Below are positions 46,880 to 49,129 of a stretch of 49,129 nt of DNA, in pieces. The notes under the pieces are model-generated. The model saw nothing but the letters and a program-made list of their open reading frames with translations, made no database searches and had not been told where the DNA came from. Source of the DNA: a virus (lineage: Duplodnaviria > Caudoviricetes); IMG/VR virus record IMGVR_UViG_3300026541_000038, positions 1 through 49,129 of that record. The stretch is one strand, 5' to 3'. The position numbers were made by a program, and so were the translations under genes. Within the stretch, counting starts at the first letter, position 1, and every line of letters begins with the position of its first letter.

Positions 46880-48325
46880 TTATTTCTGAGCCTCCGCAAT
46901 AATTTCATCTGAGGATTTTCCTTTCAATGCAGTTACATTATCTGCCATCTCAAATCTTTCTTCTGTTGATTGTACAGATTTTGCAGGTAATCCTTTAATT
47001 ATAATTTCATCATTAGAGTATAATATTTCAACTTCACTGAATGTTTTTCCTAGTAATGCTGTATGATATTCTCTAAGTATTTTTTGATCTACACCAGTAG
47101 AAGCTTTTAGTGCAATTAATCCGTCAATATATGTTGGCAAGTTTAATTTTTCCATTTTATCCACTCTTGCTTTTAGTTTAGTAATAGTAGTATCATTTCC
47201 TTCACCATCTTCTTTGGCTTTCATTTCTTTATGGACTTCCTCCATTGCTTTCATGTTTTCTTCATCCTCAACTCCCTTGAGTTTTGCTTTCATTTCTTCA
47301 CGTTCATCTTCTGACATGCCCTTAAACATTGCAGAGAATTTTGCTTTTAGTTTTGCTTTAAGATTATTATCATGTTTTTCATCTTCCATGCCTTTTAATT
47401 TTGCCTTCATATCTTTATTTTCGTCATCAGTAGCTTTTAGTTTTGCTTCAAGTTCTTTGTAGGATTCAGCATCAGTAGGCATTTCGTTCTGTTTAGCATC
47501 ACATGTGCAAGTCTTAAAGGAAGTTTTTGCTTTATTTGATTCTCCTGCTTCAGAATACGCAATTGCAATAGCTTGATCATCAATTTTAATTCCAGCTTCT
47601 TTTTTCTTTTTTATTATTTCCTGAACCTTTTCAGATGCAGATAGATAGTGTAGGTGTCCTTGATGTTTTACAATCATTGGAAATTCTTTTTGTGGTGGTG
47701 ATGTATTATTTTGTAACGAAAAATCAATTAGTTGTTTAGCTGACAACATTTGCATTTGGCAGTTATCACCCTCACACATCGCCTTGATGTTTGCTTTATC
47801 CTCTCCAAATGCAGGATCTTTAGTCAGATATGCCTTGTGTACCCAATGCCAATCCCAAGCATCAATAATTCTTTGTCCTGTGATTGGATCTATACCAATT
47901 ACCTCATAGCCTCCACTATATGGCCAAATTAATGGAGATACATATTTTATCTCACCGCTTTGTAGTTTTTCCCAAAACTCATCATCATGAACCTCGTCAA
48001 TCGTATCTGCAGATAGATTAATCTCATCTAGAACATAATCAATTGTAGTTGCTCTTTTGTATGGTTTTTGCTTTTCTACTAATCCCTTGAATGTTTCTGC
48101 CTCAACATGATCCAGATCACATTCACCACCTTCACATTTCATAAATTCAATTCCAGGATAGCCAATAGATGTCTCAATATTTTTTACAATACTATCCCAG
48201 GTAACTCTCCATTTGTTCTTGTTTCGAGTTGTATCAATTGCAAAGGTTCGTACAAATCTACCCTTTCTTCCCTTCCATTCAGTTAGTAATGATGTCTTGG
48301 GAATTTCTTTAGCTGAAAGATACAT
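46880..48325 (-). CDS. Prohead protease-scaffold fusion (Mu gpI-like)
   Basis: DLDH, LQSGEIKYVSP, PAF motifs; C-terminal charged coiled coil. Confidence 0.75.
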   Translation of the reverse strand: MYLSAKEIPKTSLLTEWKGRKGRFVRTFAIDTTRNKNKWRVTWDSIVKNIETSIGYPGIEFMKCEGGECDLDHVEAETFKGLVEKQKPYKRATTIDYVLDEINLSADTIDEVHDDEFWEKLQSGEIKYVSPLIWPYSGGYEVIGIDPITGQRIIDAWDWHWVHKAYLTKDPAFGEDKANIKAMCEGDNCQMQMLSAKQLIDFSLQNNTSPPQKEFPMIVKHQGHLHYLSASEKVQEIIKKKKEAGIKIDDQAIAIAYSEAGESNKAKTSFKTCTCDAKQNEMPTDAESYKELEAKLKATDDENKDMKAKLKGMEDEKHDNNLKAKLKAKFSAMFKGMSEDEREEMKAKLKGVEDEENMKAMEEVHKEMKAKEDGEGNDTTITKLKARVDKMEKLNLPTYIDGLIALKASTGVDQKILREYHTALLGKTFSEVEILYSNDEIIIKGLPAKSVQSTEERFEMADNVTALKGKSSDEIIAEAQK

Positions 48326-48365
48326 TATTTAAAAAATAGAACTATAAAATAAAAGAAGAAAGAAG

Positions 48366-48611
48366 TTATGCTTCTATTTCTAGTGGTGCGGGTTCAATAT
48401 CTAGATTTTCAGTAGATATGCCATTTTTCTTAAAGGCTTTAATCTGATCTGGAGTGTATTTGTTTGAATATTTCAAACCAAGCTTGACTCGTCTTGGTGG
48501 TGGTTGAGTCTTTGCAACTGATTCTGCTAGTTCAATAATCTTTTTATTTTTTTCTTCAAGTTCATTTTTAAGATCTTTTATAGTTTGTTCAGTTTGTTTA
48601 TTATTATCCAT
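48366..48611 (-). CDS. Coiled-coil hypothetical protein
   Basis: Start moved to ATG 48611 (late-promoter motif 27 nt upstream). Confidence 0.6.
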   Translation of the reverse strand: MDNNKQTEQTIKDLKNELEEKNKKIIELAESVAKTQPPPRRVKLGLKYSNKYTPDQIKAFKKNGISTENLDIEPAPLEIEA

Positions 48612-48637
48612 TGAAGTTATTTTCCACAAGAAGCATT

Positions 48638-48649
48638 TAGGAATTATTA
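48638..48649 (-). promoter_or_regulatory. Late-promoter motif (variant)
   Basis: 27 nt upstream of ATG 48611. Confidence 0.55.
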
Positions 48650-49129
48650 CTTTATAGAAGTTTTGGAGTTGTCTTTGATTTCAAATCCACCCTTTCCATC
48701 TTGGTCTGCTCCAAACTTCATAGACTTTGATGAAGAGCCACCTGGGATAGTTTCGGCCTCTGTTTCAACATCTCCAGTATAATTATCAATTCCAGCCTTT
48801 TCACCAAATGCCTTGTCAGTTAGTTGCTTTCTTGAATCAAGTGCAAGTGTTGCCTCTATCTTATCAAACCATTCCTCAATGTGTAAATCCTCAAAGACCA
48901 TTTTGATTTTGAATTTCTTTACAATCTCTGTATCCTTATACATTAATCTAAACCATCTATCATACCACTGATCACTGATAGAACGTCCAATCCATTCCCT
49001 CATTGGGTTAATTACTGTGGCAATTGTTAGCTGTATTTTTCCAATCATTGTTGCCCTGTTTGCACTGGCCTCATCATAGAATAATGCATGAGGTAACTGC
49101 AAGCAAGCAACACAGTATTTTATTAGAGA
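48647..49129 (-). CDS. Portal protein, C-terminal part
   Basis: Continuation of the 1..1407 frame; stop at 48647. Confidence 0.8.
   Translation of the reverse strand, partial: SLIKYCVACLQLPHALFYDEASANRATMIGKIQLTIATVINPMREWIGRSISDQWYDRWFRLMYKDTEIVKKFKIKMVFEDLHIEEWFDKIEATLALDSRKQLTDKAFGEKAGIDNYTGDVETEAETIPGGSSSKSMKFGADQDGKGGFEIKDNSKTSIK
49013..49129. repeat. Terminal direct repeat, right copy
   Basis: Identical to 1-117. Confidence 0.97.

Noticed and set aside
26459-47932. Plus-strand ORFs in the structural module (e.g. 33376..33888, 43000..43644) and similar ones elsewhere
   Set aside because: Antisense shadows of well-supported minus-strand genes; no motifs or RBS.
1-49129. amoC or other auxiliary metabolic genes; DNA polymerase, MCM, PCNA
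   Set aside because: No ORF carries recognisable motifs, though divergent homologs cannot be excluded without searches.

Overview
The window is a complete, circularised ~49,012-bp AT-rich head-tailed (Caudoviricetes) virus genome: bases 1-117 recur at 49013-49129. The host is most likely a marine ammonia-oxidising archaeon (Nitrosopumilaceae), inferred from a Nitrososphaerota-type Cys-rich protein and archaeal-style leaderless promoters. Almost all genes are on the minus strand. They comprise a packaging/head module (TerS?, TerL, portal across the contig ends, Mu-I-like protease-scaffold, HK97-like MCP), a tail/adhesin module, putative lysis membrane proteins, a plus-strand GT-C glycosyltransferase, a tyrosine recombinase, a HerA-like ATPase, a DNA methyltransferase and nucleases. 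No DNA polymerase, MCM, primase or amoC was recognised. The most striking feature is an accessory array of tiny genes (~7.9-15.3 kb, plus 21.6-21.9 kb). Most junctions in it carry a degenerate 30-bp dyad, consensus CGCAANACAG(TT)-N6-(AA)CTGTNTTGCG. Duplicated genes begin and end at these dyads, and one dyad overlaps the recombinase start codon, which suggests an integron/pdif-like gene-cassette shuffling system in an archaeal virus. Also seen: a fixed-spacing late-promoter motif, a pseudoknotted ncRNA, a candidate anti-RBS sRNA and an HTH-fused portal. All family calls come from motif recognition by eye; no database searches were run.
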